In this document: positions 1-15,690 of the stretch, piece by piece | Layout of the letters: every line of letters starts with the position of its first letter | Position numbering within the stretch: the first letter of the stretch is position 1 | From: the human T2T-CHM13v2.0 reference genome, Homo sapiens | Strand: one strand, 5' to 3' | Assembly (NCBI RefSeq): GCF_009914755.1 | Contig: NC_060929.1 | DNA length: 64,000 nucleotides | Made by a program: the position numbers and the translations under genes | Notes under the pieces: model-generated | Told to the model about the DNA's origin: nothing | Database searches by the model: none | The model's input: the letters and a program-made list of their open reading frames with translations, nothing else

Positions 1-3000
1 GAAAATAAACACGTAGGAAAAGTTTATTACCATTATGAGAAATACAGTCTGTCTCTTAGTAAACAAAGGAACACATCACTTGTCATAAAAATATTCAGTA
101 GAAAATTAAATTTTGACTAATTTACTGTTCCATGATCAGTGCTACTTTTGTAACTATTTCTCCTGGAAGATCCGTGAGTCTCTGAAAGTGTTATTCAAGT
201 TTTCCCTAGAGTCTAATGAAAATAATTTGCTAATGGATGTTTCATTTGATCTGTATTCAAAGGCAAAGAAGGGCATAAATGATTAGCATCTGAATGTGAG
301 ATATAAGAGAGCTTCCTTTAAAAAATGATGCTCTCATAATACAAACAAAAGGCATGATAAATGTTTTTGTCAAATCCATAGAAGAAATAATAGAGAGGAC
401 ACTGCCCTCCCCCATGAAGGATGTGCAAGGATGAGGAAGATGCCTTGGCAGATCATTTGTACATTACTTTTTGATATGGGACTAGCTCACCCTTTTGAGT
501 GTCGAGTTGTGAACAACTGAAGAGGCTTCAACATTTTGATCAATCTTTAGTTCTGCCTTGCAAGTTCCATGTTTTTTAAATGTATGGCTTTAGGCTTGTG
601 TTACCTGAAATAAACTGTTACCTTGATGGAAGTAGGTTTGAGATAATATTTTTAAAAATACATTTTTGGAAAAATATTTTTAGAGTAAAATAATAAAATT
701 TATAAGGATACATAGAAGTATAATGTATAAGCTTTCTTTTGTTTTTAGCACCTTCAGTTTTACTCGCCAGACTTAACTGCTGCTAACAGTTTCTCATTAA
801 ATAAAATATGAAACATAGAAGAAATTACTATGATTACATAAAATAATACTATGCATATTCAAAGTATTTTGTGATTTACTAATAACTTTTATATACTGTT
901 AAAATCTGCATACAACTTTGTATGGAGGAGAAAACAAATTTAGAAAGAAAAGTGGCAAATTATATCACTTGGCTAATGATTATTGGGTAGAATTTTGATA
1001 TGCAACTGCTGTCTTTAAGACTACTATCCAATACAAGTGGACATGCTTATGCAATCTGCAGAGGATATCACTATGCAGTGGAAGAAAACAAGACAATAAA
1101 GATTCCTAAAAGCCAGTCGGTAAATGAAATTAATTTTAGAAAAGCAATCTTGTGGTAGCATAGTACATAAACATCATTAACACAACGTGAGGAAATGGCG
1201 ATATAGGAAACAGGAAAATCGAGGAATCTGTCCTATGCTGTTAAACTAAGTACTAAACAAGTGAGCAATCAAACTCAAGTTAATATTGGACTTTTGCCCT
1301 CAGAATAAGAAATGGTCCATTGCAACTGATAATCCATTTCCAAACATTATACATTATATTAGACGTGCCTGGAATTTCTACTTAGAGTTTTCAACAGTAA
1401 CACCATGGAATACAGATTTTAGAAGATGAAACAAACAAAAAAACACGATTACACAGACCTGGGATAAGTAGTATACCATATTTTTTGTCCCATCCCTTTG
1501 GAAGTCACAATAGACACAAAGATATTAAAAGCTCAGTGGATTCTTACAGAAAAGATACCTATTTAATGTTGTTTATACCAGTTTTTCTCAAATCTATTTG
1601 ACCCTTTGTCCCATTATTGAATTTACACTATTAAGTTCACTGGACAATATTTTAGGAAATGCATCTTCTTATATGTAGAAAGATTGGGACTGGAAATGTA
1701 GCAAGTCAGTTAAAGGAGTAAAGGACACTGTCCATTACATGTCATTTTATACTTTCTTCTTGTTCTTGATTTTGTAGACAAAGGCAAAGAAATCTGTGGA
1801 TGCTTTGTTGAGAACTCTCACAATTAATTCTTAAACACTAACATACTCAAGAAAACTTGATCTGGGGAAGACATTTTTAACCTTTTATTATACATACTGT
1901 TGGACTTATTTCAATCTACATGGATACCACCAATCAATTAAATAATTAATCAACACACATTTTCTTTGTTTACATTTCATTCTGCAAGACTGACATGAAA
2001 TCTGACTCAAAAAACTTGCAATTTAATTGAGGTGGCTAGGGCACGGATACACTGGCAAATTATAAAACTATGAAATGTTAAATATACATTATAGGAAATG
2101 TCACAAGCAGGAATGATTAATTACTGAGTGAGTGTTATGCTGTGAGTTCGGAAGCAGTGAGATCACAGTGGGCTGGTTGTGACCTGGACTGGTGATGAGG
2201 TTTCTGAGATTCATATATGCTAAACCATATATTTATGGCTAAGTTCAGGCACAGTTTTGCAAAATGGCAGAATGCTAAAAAGCAAGCAAGTATACTTATA
2301 GATTTGCATTTTTGAATTAGAAAAGACATTTACTGGTAAGAAAAAAAAAAAAAAGAAGCTAGGAAATTGGCCACTCCGCAGAACTTCAAGAAGATGTTTT
2401 TGAATTAAAACAGTAAAACAAATGGAATGAGGGACTAAAACACGTGTATTAATTAGTTGAGCACATTACTCAATCACAGTTCGTCATCTTTGCCCACTGT
2501 TAAAGGAAGAAATGCACAAATAGGTCTCCATTTAGATGGCACTGAGAGTTAGGAAAGGAATGGAAATTTCCCAGTGAGGCAATTCTAAGTTTTGGCTCAA
2601 GGATTTTAAGTAAAATTAGACATTAGAAATTCATACAGAGATATTTCTCTGAATCTATAAGTCAGGAATTAATTTGGATAACAAAACTGCTTAGAAAAAT
2701 AAGGAATGTAGCTAGATGGAATAAATCTAACAATGCAGGATTTGCTATATTGTTTATATCTGGAAGTTGATACGGGCTTATAATCTCAAATATATAGGTA
2801 TCATTGCTTGGCATACTTTAATGAAATCTGTATTTTCACAAATATGAATATAGGCCACACAGTTTACTTTCCCCAGAATTTTAAAGCATAAAGGAAATTA
2901 CATCTTATTGAGTCAACCATCCTTTTCTTCATGTAACATATGAGGGTACTAGGCAGAAATAACTTGGTGTATACAAAGAGTTCTCCCAATTCTGCCTCCT

Positions 3001-6000
3001 ACATTATTTTGACAACACTATAATCCAAAAAAATAGACATTAAGCCCCAGAATAGTGCATTTAAATAAATATTAATATTTAAAACATAAGAGATATATAT
3101 ATATATGTTTTTCTTATATATACGCATACAAGTTTGCTCAAAGAAGCATGCTGAAATGTAGTTTATCATTAGGAAACATGATCTGAAAACTGTTGGTTAA
3201 AAACTGAACTACTTAAATGCTCCTCTTTTACTGAATCCCAAACCATATCACAGTTCAAGACATTTTTACAGAACAATTAAAAATGCTAATCCAATAATAA
3301 TTTGCCAGACCTAACCATGATCTAAACCGTTTCAAATCTTTTCTGAACCAAAATCATCTACAGTGAGTCAGTAGCTCTAATTCCCTTGCTTAGTTCAGAC
3401 TACTCTGAGCTGTGTTATTTCCAGTCATGAGAATGAGCCAGACTCATCAAGGAACCAGCAACTCATTGAAATAAAAGGACTTAAATTAAGCAGTTGGATG
3501 ATCTTCTTTTTGCTTCTTCTGAGAAAGCTGATGACATGTCTCATGTATTCATTTGTTCATTTAAAAATATTTACTGAACACCTACTATATGCTCTGTTCT
3601 GAACAGGGCACTGGGAAATATAGGGGAAAAGTTGACAATGATGTTGCCCTTGTGGAACTTACTAGTTTAGGGGAAGAAAATAGACACTAAGCAAATATTT
3701 TCCCCAAAACTAGGGCATTTGATTGTGACATGCATGCAGAAAAAGAAACAAAAGTACTTATAAGAGTAAATGATACAAGGGTCTCCTAAGCAAGTGTTGC
3801 AGTTAGAAACTGGAAGCTGAATCCAAAAGCAATAGTCTGTTAAACTGAATTTGGCTGGTGAGTAAAATTTTTTTGAATGTGTAAGTGATGCAAATCTATG
3901 CAAATACTTTATATCCTGACTCTTCACACCCCTTTCCATATAATTTCTGTATTGGGCTCATTGCAGTTAAAATAATGTTTATACTATAGAGAATGGCTTA
4001 CAACTGCATGAGCTATGGAATGATGAGAAGATCTAGAGCCAAATTTTTGTCTTGGCAGCTTTACAAGCCTGTAATTTTTCAGATTGCTTAAAAATGTGAT
4101 TATTATGTTTATTTTAGCAAATCTATTATTTTAATCTGACATAATCTCTGGGTCATATTTAAGTTTCATATTTAAGTTAAGTCTGACTTAACTTATTTGA
4201 CAGCGTTTAATTATTGTCTAATTAATTTTACTTCTTATTTGACTAGTGGAGATCAAACTATGTATTACAAGAACACCGAAATATTATCATGTTTAGAGAA
4301 AAAATACCAAGGGAAACTAAGAAAAGCATAAACCTGAGCATCATTCCATGCTGGAAAAATATAGTAAATTTGAAAACATTTGTCATCTCTAAGTTACAGA
4401 TTTGAAGAATTTAAAATTATATATAATTTAATATGTTAAAAACACATGGGTATAGATGCATTTCACTGATTTATTTTGCATTTATTTATGTTTCCATTCT
4501 TCAGAGCACCTTTCTCTTTGTATTCGTTTCTTGAATGGCAGGCCGTTTTTCTTTACACCTTGCTTTGTAAGACTTACCAAAAAAAAAAAAAAAAAAAAAA
4601 CAGAAAAGAAAAGAAAAACTCCTACGCATCACGAATATAAAGGGATGTAATTTGTGAGGTTATAAACGTCATCTTTTTACTGTAATAAAATAAACAAAGA
4701 ATAAATAAAACAGAATTAAACTGAAGCTCATTAGTGAGATATGAAACAACACAAAAAGGGACTCAAAGGATTTCATAGCAAATCTTCAAAGAGCGTTCTT
4801 TTGTGTAATAAATGTTTGACTAAGGAGGAAAAACTCCTCAAAATGCCCTTCAGCCTCCCAGGATTTCCACTGCAGGTAGATGGGGGAGAACCGTGTTTTC
4901 CACATAAGTAGTAGCGGCTTCCTTTTATCTATTTGAATTCAGAAAAGGGAAATTGGGAAGCATTGAAATAAAGTCTAATTCTAACATAATTTATTTTTAG
5001 TTCTGTCAATGACTTAGAAAGTTACTTAACTTTCCAAAACTCAGTTTTCTCATCTTGAGTGAGTACAACAATAGTCTACTGCATAAAGTGACTGTGAATA
5101 TTTTTTTGAAATGCAGCATGTAAAGTGCATTACACAGTGCAGCATACAGTAAGCTGTCTATTATGAGGAACATTAAAACGAAGACATTATATGCTAAACA
5201 CAAAAGAAGTAGTAAATACAGATACAGTGATTAAATAGAAGTCAAGCGAAGAGGGGACTGTAAACATAGTAGCATTTGATATATTTTTGTGGTTTCAACA
5301 CATAAAGAATGGAATCATATTTAATAGTCTTTTGAAGTCATATTTTGTTTTCAGAATCTATGTAATCCAGAATCTATCCCTCAACCCCCAGCACCACCCC
5401 AAGTTTTATATTATGCTCTCAATTAAAAAATGTGCTTTGTTGTTAAAGAATATCTTATTGGTTAAAAAACTCACATGGGTGTTGCTAGTCACTACCAGGT
5501 GCTAGAAATAATGAAGAGGGTTTGAAAGCATCTAATTTGGGATTGAGACTGCAATAGTTTCTTAGTAACTGTATAATATCCTGTGGTGGAACTTTATATT
5601 GTAATTGATATTTGAGGAAGATTCAGACATTCTGGGGCTAAAACTTCTATGCTCAATGATTTATTATGTTAAATATTGTTGAGAGTTTCAGTTCTAAACA
5701 TTTTAATCCATCGGACAAATTATCATTGCCTAACCCTGTTCTGTCAGTCAGTTAGGTAAATCGGTAGTCATCAATTGGATGATAAGGTGCAAATGAATTG
5801 TTCTGTTCGCTCTGAACATAAATGCAGCTGACTCTCCTTAGTGACAGAGTATAAATAGATCATGTTATATAAGGCACATTGAGGTTTTTTTTTAACCTTT
5901 CAAAAGAATTAGCATTGCACATAGCATTACTATTTAGGAATTTCCTCCACATAGAACATGGTGTTTAAAAGTCTACTCCTACTGACACCCATCAAAACCA

Positions 6001-8509
6001 AGAGAGCAAACAGAGATTGAGAATCTGTATTTTCAGGAGTCTTTATAGGTGAACATAGATTTATATAGTCATAGGCACAGATACCTTGCCCAACACTGCA
6101 AATTGGAAGCTGGTTAAGTGAAATTTCTATTTAAGAGAGAGACTAGCACAAACTATTTCCTTAGTTGCCTGTCAGGTGGCTATTTTTACTGACTTAGTAA
6201 AAAGACAGATGGCTATTTTTACCTACTCAGGAAATAGAGTAGTACACAGTACAGTCCTTAAATTTCATACCTACTTTGAAAGTCCTAACTGCATTGTTAT
6301 ATGCTTCTAGTAGTAGTGAAAGCCAAGAGATATAAATCTGTTTAATATGCAGAGGGAAGACCTCAGCCTACTGAGGATGCAATGCTTTAGAAATTCATGA
6401 TTCACCCGGAAATTCATGAATCATAGTTATACTAGTGGTTCTCAATAATTTGCCCCAATGAGCATTTCTGTAAGTGTCTAAAAAGACACTGTGAAGATCC
6501 AGGAGAGTGTAATCCTCCTTTATTCCATGCCAATCAACATGATAATGACAAGACCAAGCTTCTTGAAGAAGACAGAAGCTTTACATGAATCTCTTCGTTC
6601 TTTGGCAAGTGGGAACCATATTGGACACTTGAGCATCTGGGCAGTTTTCCCTGCAGACAGAGATGCAGCGTTCCTGTGATCTATGTGTGCTTTGTGTGAG
6701 CCAGGTTGTTATCTCACCCACATGAAAGAACATCTGATCATTTCCCTGTATCTATGGTATCTTTCTATCAATCTCTCTCACCACTGCATGTAACAAGTTT
6801 GTATTATCTGGAAACTTTGGTGGAATCCAGATATTATATTCTGTTCCTATCATCTTACTGCCTTGGCAATACCACTGACACGAGAGACAGGTGGTAATTG
6901 TGGATTCAGAAATATTGGAAACTGGAAGAGTTATATTTTCCCACCTGGAGCACATTTTATTAATACTTGGAAATGTCTGGACATATTTTAACTTCATATT
7001 TGTCCTTCCAGAAAATAAATTGAATAGTCCTTTAGGAATTATAAGGCCAAAGTGAGGGAAAATAAACCAGAGTACTGAGTGAATCTCGTTTTATTATAGA
7101 ATCTGGGACTGACTGGCCATATAATTAGGTAACTAATTAGGAAAAATAATTAACATCTGAAGACTCTCAGTTCATTATCTGTACATTGGAGACTATATTT
7201 CTCTGGAACATGTTTTAGATAATTTTTAATTTCTAAGAAAATGTATATCAAATAGACATTTGAAGATTATAAAATACTATCTTGTAAGAAATAGTTAGCA
7301 ACAATTATTTGTACATAAATTAAGAATAAATGGCCAAGAAAGAAGTTAATTACATTATAGTCTGAAATTATTTGATAATTAACCAACTGCAAGTGCATTT
7401 ATTTATGTATGACGAAATGACATATGAGGATAAAATATAATTGGAATATGTTGATTTGTTTATTAATATTTTTAGCTGAACTTACCCTGAGTAAAAACAT
7501 GATAAGAATGTAACTGTTTTTTGATTACCACAGGGTTAAATTTGTCAATTCCATGACTCTCTTTTATTCAAGACCTTGGAATAAAATAGGAAAAAAATGG
7601 GTTAAGGTTTAGGAATAAAGTGAGCATACTTTTGAGCTGATGGAAGAAAATATCAGTATAGAGATGAAAATACAAAACAATAGAAAAATAAATTAATGGC
7701 CAAACCATTCAATTCCTTTTGAACAGTCTATTTTAATGGCAATTGTGAGACATTAACCTGAGAAGAAAGGAATTAGTGAAGCAAAGGTGATTAGATAAAG
7801 GTGCTTTAACTAGTCATTTTTCAGCTGCCACAAGATATAGCAGTTCACGAACATTAGCAATTCATCTAGTCTTTTTCCTTGCTTTTAACAGTATTCAACA
7901 TAAAGTCTTTTATCTGTGGATATAAGTTAGAGTCGCAAGATCCAGAGAAGGCTGGGGTTTCAGTAGAATAAATGTTTGGATTCATTCTTGTATCTCTACC
8001 AATGATGGGAATGAGGTCCAGAATTGCTCTATGCTTTACCTGAGGCAAGTCTCCTGACAACTGGTGTTTCCTTTCCAATACACTATGCTGATAAGTTTTG
8101 AAACTTCTTAATAAAATATTTATCAATGAAATCTCTGGTGGGTTCACCAGTGATTTTCCTAGAAATTAAGATATGACAATGTAGTTTTCTAAGGAAATAG
8201 CGAAAGAGTATACTATTGAAAAAACTTTTTTCTAATACTTCCATTTTTTAAAACACATTTAAACACAAAACAATACATCTCTACTAAGTGTTCAGAAAGA
8301 AGTATATTGAATAAAAAGTAAAGAACTCTCTTATTTTATCCCAATCCCACTTTTTCCATGTTTTCTTTCTTAATTCGGGTATATTCTTCCAATCTTCCTT
8401 TAATGAATTGATGTGGCCATACATATATATATCCACATACAAATCCTCAGAAAGACTTTGGCTGCAACAAGCTAAATATGTTAAAGAAGCCAACTTGTGC
8501 ACTAAGAAG

Positions 8510-8945
8510 ATTCATCAGCTCATTTTATCTAAAAGTTTACATAAAAGTAGCCTTCGAGGATAAACTAATTCAGTGCCTTGGACTATGTCTCCTCGTGATT
8601 TTCTGTTAAGCTCTGCCTCCCCTGCGAATTGAGCTATTAGCAGGATGGTTTCAGCAGTTCTCTGTCTTACAGTCCCATACAGCAACATCCTGAGAAAGAG
8701 AGGGTTGCTTTAATAAACTATCCCAGAAGGGAAAGAACTTTCCTAGAAGGTCCCCAAGAAACTTCTTTTTATAACACATAGGCCTATATTGGGGCACTTT
8801 CCTGAACCAATCACTGTCAAGGAAGATGGGTTTGGAGAATTTTGGGTGAGACTACTTTCTACGGAGGCATGTGATACATGAAGAAATGTGAATTCCTCAA
8901 GATGATTTGGATGATCAAGAAGGAGAAAGAAAGGTATGGATGATA
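8510..8945. mobile_element. MLT1 (J/K/L-like) LTR fragment within old L1
   Basis: cctgaaccaatcactgtcaaggaagatggg motif. Confidence 0.5.
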
Positions 8946-9526
8946 AGTAGACAATTTATCATGTTCACTACACACATACAAATAAATAGTTCTTTCTCTT
9001 TTCCTGTGTCTCTCTGTATATATAAACATGATAACATATCTTGAACACTTTTTGTGCCATTGCATACAACTCTACCTTATTATTTTTAATTGCTTTATAG
9101 TAGGCTATAGTTCAAATATACCACAATATCTAACCAATCTCCTAGAGATGTGAATCACTTTTTGTATTTATCAAGCCTTTCTCTTAAATTTGAAGGATGC
9201 TTGAGTTAAAAACTTCTCAAAATTTGGAAGATGCTCAAGTAAAAATTTTTAAAATGACACTCATTGCCATACTAAAACCAAATGTAAAATACAATCCTAG
9301 GTTATCTGCATCTTATAAACATTTATATGAAACTACTGTAAGGAACAGCAATGTGTGCCTGGTCCTGTGAGCTTAAAATGCATACTGTAAACAGTTGTTG
9401 ACAAAGTTTCAGGCACCATATTTCTCTGGTTCTCATGTACAGCAAAATAATAATTCATTGGCAGTGAAAAAAAGGAAAATGAGTGTGGTGAAATGCTTTA
9501 TTCAAAAGGCACAAAGATCCAGCTGA

Positions 9527-9640
9527 AGCCAGTCATAGCAGTACACACCTGCGGTCCTAGCTATTTGGGAGGCTGAGGTAAGAGCATCCCTTGAGGCCAG
9601 CCCAGCCTGAGCAGCAAAGTGAGACCTTGCCTCTGAAAAA
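9527..9640 (+). mobile_element. Free Alu monomer (FLAM/FRAM-like), diverged
   Basis: cctgcggtcctagctatttgggaggctgagg...cagcctgagcagcaaagtgagaccttgcctct followed by an A-rich end. Confidence 0.75.
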
Positions 9641-10430
9641 GGAGGAAAAGATCTAATTGAGACAGAATTTCTTCCTAGGAATTCATTTTAGATAAAATAT
9701 TATGAAACCAACTTTGAACTAATTAAATATCTAACTTTCCCAACTAAGTGAACATTTAATTTATCCCTTATCTAATGTCAACGCCTGGAATTTACTTCCC
9801 TTCAATGGACTGTGAGTCTCATGTGATCAAGGACAATGACTGTCTTGTCAATTATTGTATCCTCAGAGTCTAGCACCATGTTTGGCCCTGGAAAACAGTA
9901 GTCCCTTAATGAATATTTATTGACCGAATAAATAAAGGAACGAAATTAAGAGCAGTGAAGAATGGTATTGACCTTGTCTTTTCCTGGGGGTGACAGAATA
10001 AAAATAGTTGTATATCAAGATCAAATTCTAAGTGCTCTATAAGGAAGGGCAAAAGTCCTATGTAACAAGTGAAATTAATAACAGTTAAAAATTAATAACA
10101 GTTAAAATGAATAGAAACAAGGACTCACTAAATGTTTAAATGATCATACTCCTGTATCCTACCTATATGAACTATTACTTATTTTACTTAGGGTTATTTG
10201 GTTGCAAGGAATAGTGAAATACTTAAGTAATCTCAAATAAATAGGAGAGAATTTGCTATAATGGGAGGTGTATTTCAAGGGGATTGAGTTACAGAGACCA
10301 CTATTCGTCTGGGAATCGTAGAAACAGAGTCAGTTCTCTCTCTAGCCCTACTACTCATGCCCAGTCATCCTCTCTCACACTGACAAATTACTAATTCGGC
10401 TTCTTCATGCTCTGAATATATCATGGCTAG

Positions 10431-10764
<334 letters not shown>

Positions 10765-11869
10765 TGCCTCTTTTTAAAATATAGTAATGGTACTTTGTTC
10801 CAAAGTTTCACTGATCAACACCTTCAATATCCTATTTTTAAAATGCAAACTAAAATATCTTTTTTACTAAGCTTCTATTTTCTGTTCAAGCAGTAAGTAG
10901 CCAGCCACCCTCTGTAGGCTACATCTAGGGCAATGTATGGCTCAGAGTCATGTAACATACTAACCTTTCAGCAGGGTTGTAAACTGACAGCCTTTCTGAA
11001 GAGTTCGTGGGAAAGTGAACAGGCACAAAATAGATACGGTGCAAACACTTCCTTATTGGCTATTTTTTCAAATTATAAAATCAATATATGTTTATCTCTA
11101 TATTTCATTATATGTACTTGTATATTTTCTTCCAGTCTGATTTTATTTATATAATTCCAACAGCATATAAAATTTTTAAAAAGAGATGTAGGTTCACACT
11201 TTACTTATTTTTATAGATCTCTCTTTTTCTGGTTGCTTATGTATATTACTTACTCCCTCAGAAAACATCAGTTTAAATGACTGTATAATGGTCTGTCTTA
11301 TGAATGCATCCCATCTTTATATACTTACCTGCAAATCTCCTACCATCAGACTTGTAGACACAATAACAAAGTAGTAAATATCATTTTACCTTAATATTTC
11401 TATGCACTCTCATTAGATTCTTAGTATAGATTCCTAGAAATAAATTTTTGAATAAACTTTCATGAACTTTTTAAAGACCATCAAAATATATTGTCAAATT
11501 GCTTTTATAAAAGTTTGTATTTACTTTTGGCAAAAGTGAAAGATGCTGTTATTTCATCTTCAGTAATTATCCCTAGCATGAGGCTAATGACCTTATCTAG
11601 TAACTAGACTATTTCTATAAAGTACAAAGAAGGAATTTCTAAATAGTAAAAGAAGGCATTGATAGTGCTTGCAATACTGAAGTCTAGACTTCATTGAGAA
11701 TGTTTATTATTTTGAAGTTGCTTTCAAATTTACTTTTAGAATTTGTAACTTATGTAGGCTAACTACATAATCAAAATTGTCTTAAAATTTGTATCATGGA
11801 ATGTGTTAGACCCCAGACCATCAATACAATCCTAATAATTTTAATTAATTAATTAATTTGTTTATATTT

Positions 11870-13500
11870 TTCAATCTCAAATATTAGATATGCAGGCTAA
11901 CCCTAGGCAGTGCTAAGGTAGTGAGGATGCAAATATGAATAAAATGTTTTTCCACACCTCCAAATTACAAGGTAGGAAATAGGAAAAAACCATTGCATTG
12001 CAAAAAGTCACATAGAAGAAGAATACACACAGAGCTATGGGTGTTGAAAGGAAGAAATGAGTAACTGCCACTAGAGACAAGCAAGAGCATCTTCCTAGAG
12101 AAAATGACATTTCTCTAAGTGTTAATACAGAAACTCTTATTAGAAAGCAAACAGTAACTGAGTAAGCCCATGGCTGGAGAAGAGAAAAAAGAGATAGATT
12201 TGGCCAGATAGTAAAGTGTCTCTATGTCAAATAGCTTGGAATTTATTGTGAGAGAAAGAACAAGACACTGAAGGCAGAGGCAAATTAGAGGTTGTTGGAA
12301 CTATCTAGGGAAAGATGAAGAGGTGCTGATAACGCTGAGTCCCTGGAAAGCAGTGAAGAGACTTGGCGATATTCAGGAGATAAAATCAATGATGCTTATC
12401 GACCAATTAGATGTGGATGCTAGAGAATGGAGAGCTGAGTCTTTTTCAATGGGTTTATTAGTAGATGGTGAATCTGTGAACATAATACAGAGCCATCTGG
12501 GGGCAGTTTGAACTTTATTAAGTTTTCAGTGATCAAAAGATATGGTGTGTGTATAAATTTGGAACGCTTGTGGGGAAGTTGAAACTGGTGAAAAAAATTT
12601 CAGAGTCAATTTGAGAAGAAAATCACCTAATGTTTGACAGATCAGTAGGATGACTATAGTTTACAATAATCTATCACATATTTTGAAATAGGTAGAAGAG
12701 AATAATTTGAGTGTTTCTAACATAAAGAAAGGCATATTTAAGGTAATAGATATCTAAATTACACTGATTTGATACTTATGAGTTCTATGAATATATTAAA
12801 TTATTACATGTACCCCCAAAATATGTACATATGTTTAAATAAAAAATTAAAGTAGATAAGAAATTTGAAAGTCAAAACCAAATACATAGAATATAAATCA
12901 TATTCAAAAATATCAACTGGAGAGAGTATAAAAGGAAAGAATATAAGATATGAAATGGAACACTGACAAGAATAAATGTCTTAAAAATTATACAGGACAA
13001 AGGAACTATTAAAGGGACAGAATCATTGTTTCTAAAATATCAGTGCAGTGTCACTAAGGAAGAGAGTTAGTGTTTCAGAAGCTCAAAGATAGGAAGTGAT
13101 CAACTTTGTCAAACACAGCAGAGAGAGCAAGACAAATGAGAGCTAAACTTTGCACAGGGCAGTGTCACAACCAATGAAGTTTATCCAAAGTGCAATTATT
13201 GCTAATTAAAAAATTTTCCAATGCCCCACCATGACAGCTTAAAATATACTCAGCATTGACAAATTTTTCTCATTTGGAGAAATAAAAATAAAATATCAGG
13301 ACTAAAATTGCCCAGTAGACTTTGTAATTATGGACCATTGCTGACCCGAACCATTTACATTAGCTTTTTGAGGAGGAATAAGCCAGATTGTACTAGATGA
13401 ACTAGAGAATAGTGATATTTAGATAGTGGAAATATCAGCTACTGTCTCAAGAATTTGATGATGGGATGAAGACTACAATAGATGTAAGAAACTTCATTGT
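11870..13500. mobile_element. Fragmented L2
   Basis: L2 3'-end and body motifs (gcagtgctaaggtagtgaggatgcaaatatgaataa; gaccaattagatgtgg), interrupted by L1MA. Confidence 0.55.
12625..12855 (+). mobile_element. L1MA-type 3' end fragment inserted in L2
   Basis: gatgactatagtttacaataatct...tacatgtacccccaaaatatgtac...aataaaaaattaaa. Confidence 0.8.
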
Positions 13501-13798
13501 GGACTGAAAATATAGATTGAGAATGCTTCTGAGGGTGAAGAGTTTGAACATAGAGGAAATAAATAGTGATGAGAAATAGATGAGTCTGGCAACTCAATGC
13601 TTTAACCCAAGATGACAATATGAGAGTGAATTTTTATTCAAAATGGCAGTTATATGTTTTTAAAATTCCATAGAGTTAAGATTTAGTAGTTTTATATGGC
13701 ATTTCTGATTGACAAAATGAATTTTCTTTCCTACCTGTTCAAATATACAAACCCCTGCAACTTGCCACCATAGTCAACATGCCCAAAGCATTTGGTGA

Positions 13799-14126
<328 letters not shown>

Positions 14127-15265
14127 CATTTGGTGAATCTTATCCATGTATACTTTGTACATTTCAAATGCCATGAGTGTGGCCAAGAATAAAATGTAGA
14201 AAAACATAACACTCCATTGGATAAAAATTATCCTAGTACAGCATGCCTCTTGGAGACCTATTAGAATATAAAATCTATGAGTGGAGAAATCCTGTCTATC
14301 TTTTTCATTACTTATCTCCATAACCTAGCACAATTTCTGGTACATGCTGGACATAATAAAGTGAATTGAGTAAGTGACTTTTGGGAGCACTAGATTGGAG
14401 ACCTTAGATCCATGGAAAACTGAGTTATTCATATGTGTATTGTAACAGGGAACAGGAGAAGAAATGAAAAGGTAAAAGCCAAATAGCTGGTTTCTAAAAG
14501 CAAATTAGCACTGGAGAAAAGATAACAATCAAGGATTAAACAGAGGAGAGGTGAAGCAGGCATAGAGACCTTTATATTGTAATCATTCACATGTTTCCTC
14601 TGCTTTTCTATATCTGCTTCCTATATTATTTTCTATAATCATAAATTTACTACCCCCTTCCTTTTCTCCTTTCCGTCTTTGCTAGTGAAATTTTAGCATT
14701 TAGTTTTGTAAAGTAACAGCTTCTTGGCTGATATCCTTCCGTGTATTAGATAAAGAACAACCAATGTCATTTTTTCCAAATTATAACTTATGTCCTGCTC
14801 CACACTGTTTTCAGGAACAAGTCTAAAATCCTTTAGTTTTTTAAGCCCATGCTTAATTTGACCATACCTACTTCCCCAGGATTATTCTATGTCTCTTTTC
14901 TCTCTTCCTTATCATGTTTTTCAATTGTTCTCATTTTCCTTACCAGAGTATTTGTAGCAGCCATGCCTAAAATGCTTTGTTCAATCCACTTTCCTTTTTA
15001 CAATTAACTGCTACTGACCACATACACCATGGCTGTTTCCCTAATTCTAAAACGTTACTCCAGGCTGTGCTCTTTGTAACAAATCTTCTACATTTGTTAA
15101 TTAACTGTGTGTTTTTTCTTGTGTAATATTATTTGCTCCTATAGAATATAAACTTCACAATGTCAAGGGTTTGCTCATTTGTTTATCTCTGTTTTCCCAT
15201 TGTCTGATATAGTGCCTGAACATAATAGGTACTTAGTAAATAGTTGTTGGAAAAAGAAATAAATG

Positions 15266-15547
15266 GGCTGGGCATGGTGGCTCATACCTGTACTCCCAAT
15301 GTTTTGGAAGGCCATGGTGTGTAGATTGCTTGAGCCCAGGAGTTTGAATGCGCCTGGGAAACATGGCGAAACCCCGTCTCTACAAAAAACACAAAAATTA
15401 GTCTGGCATGGTGGTGCATGCCTGTAGTCCCAGGTACTCAGGAGGCTGAAGTGGGAGGATCGCCTGAACCCAGGATGTCAAAGCTGCAGTAAGCCAAGAT
15501 TGGGCCTTAGCACTGCAACCTGGGCAACAGAGTGAGACCCTGTCTTG
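15266..15547 (+). mobile_element. Alu (AluJ-like)
   Basis: ggctgggcatggtggctca...ttgcttgagcccaggagttt...gagaccctgtct, J-type diagnostic segments. Confidence 0.93.
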
Positions 15548-15579
15548 ATTGATAGATGATAGATAGATGATAGATAGAT

Positions 15580-15625
<46 letters not shown>

Positions 15626-15690
15626 CAGATAGATAGATACATACATACATACATAGATTTATACATACATTCATACATACATACATAGAT
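15548..15690 (+). repeat. Compound (GATA)n/(CATA)n tetranucleotide STR replacing the Alu tail
   Basis: Directly visible repeats. Confidence 0.97.

Noticed and set aside
2190-2210. TGATGA...CTGA box C/D-like pair
   Set aside because: Boxes only a few nt apart, no terminal stem and no host intron; not a snoRNA.
2526-2545. CTCF-like CATTTAGATGGCAC
   Set aside because: Three mismatches in the 5' core; too weak.
4579-4620. Solitary A22 tract (also A-tracts at 2341 and 39210) as retro-insertion tails
   Set aside because: No convincing TSD or upstream element body.
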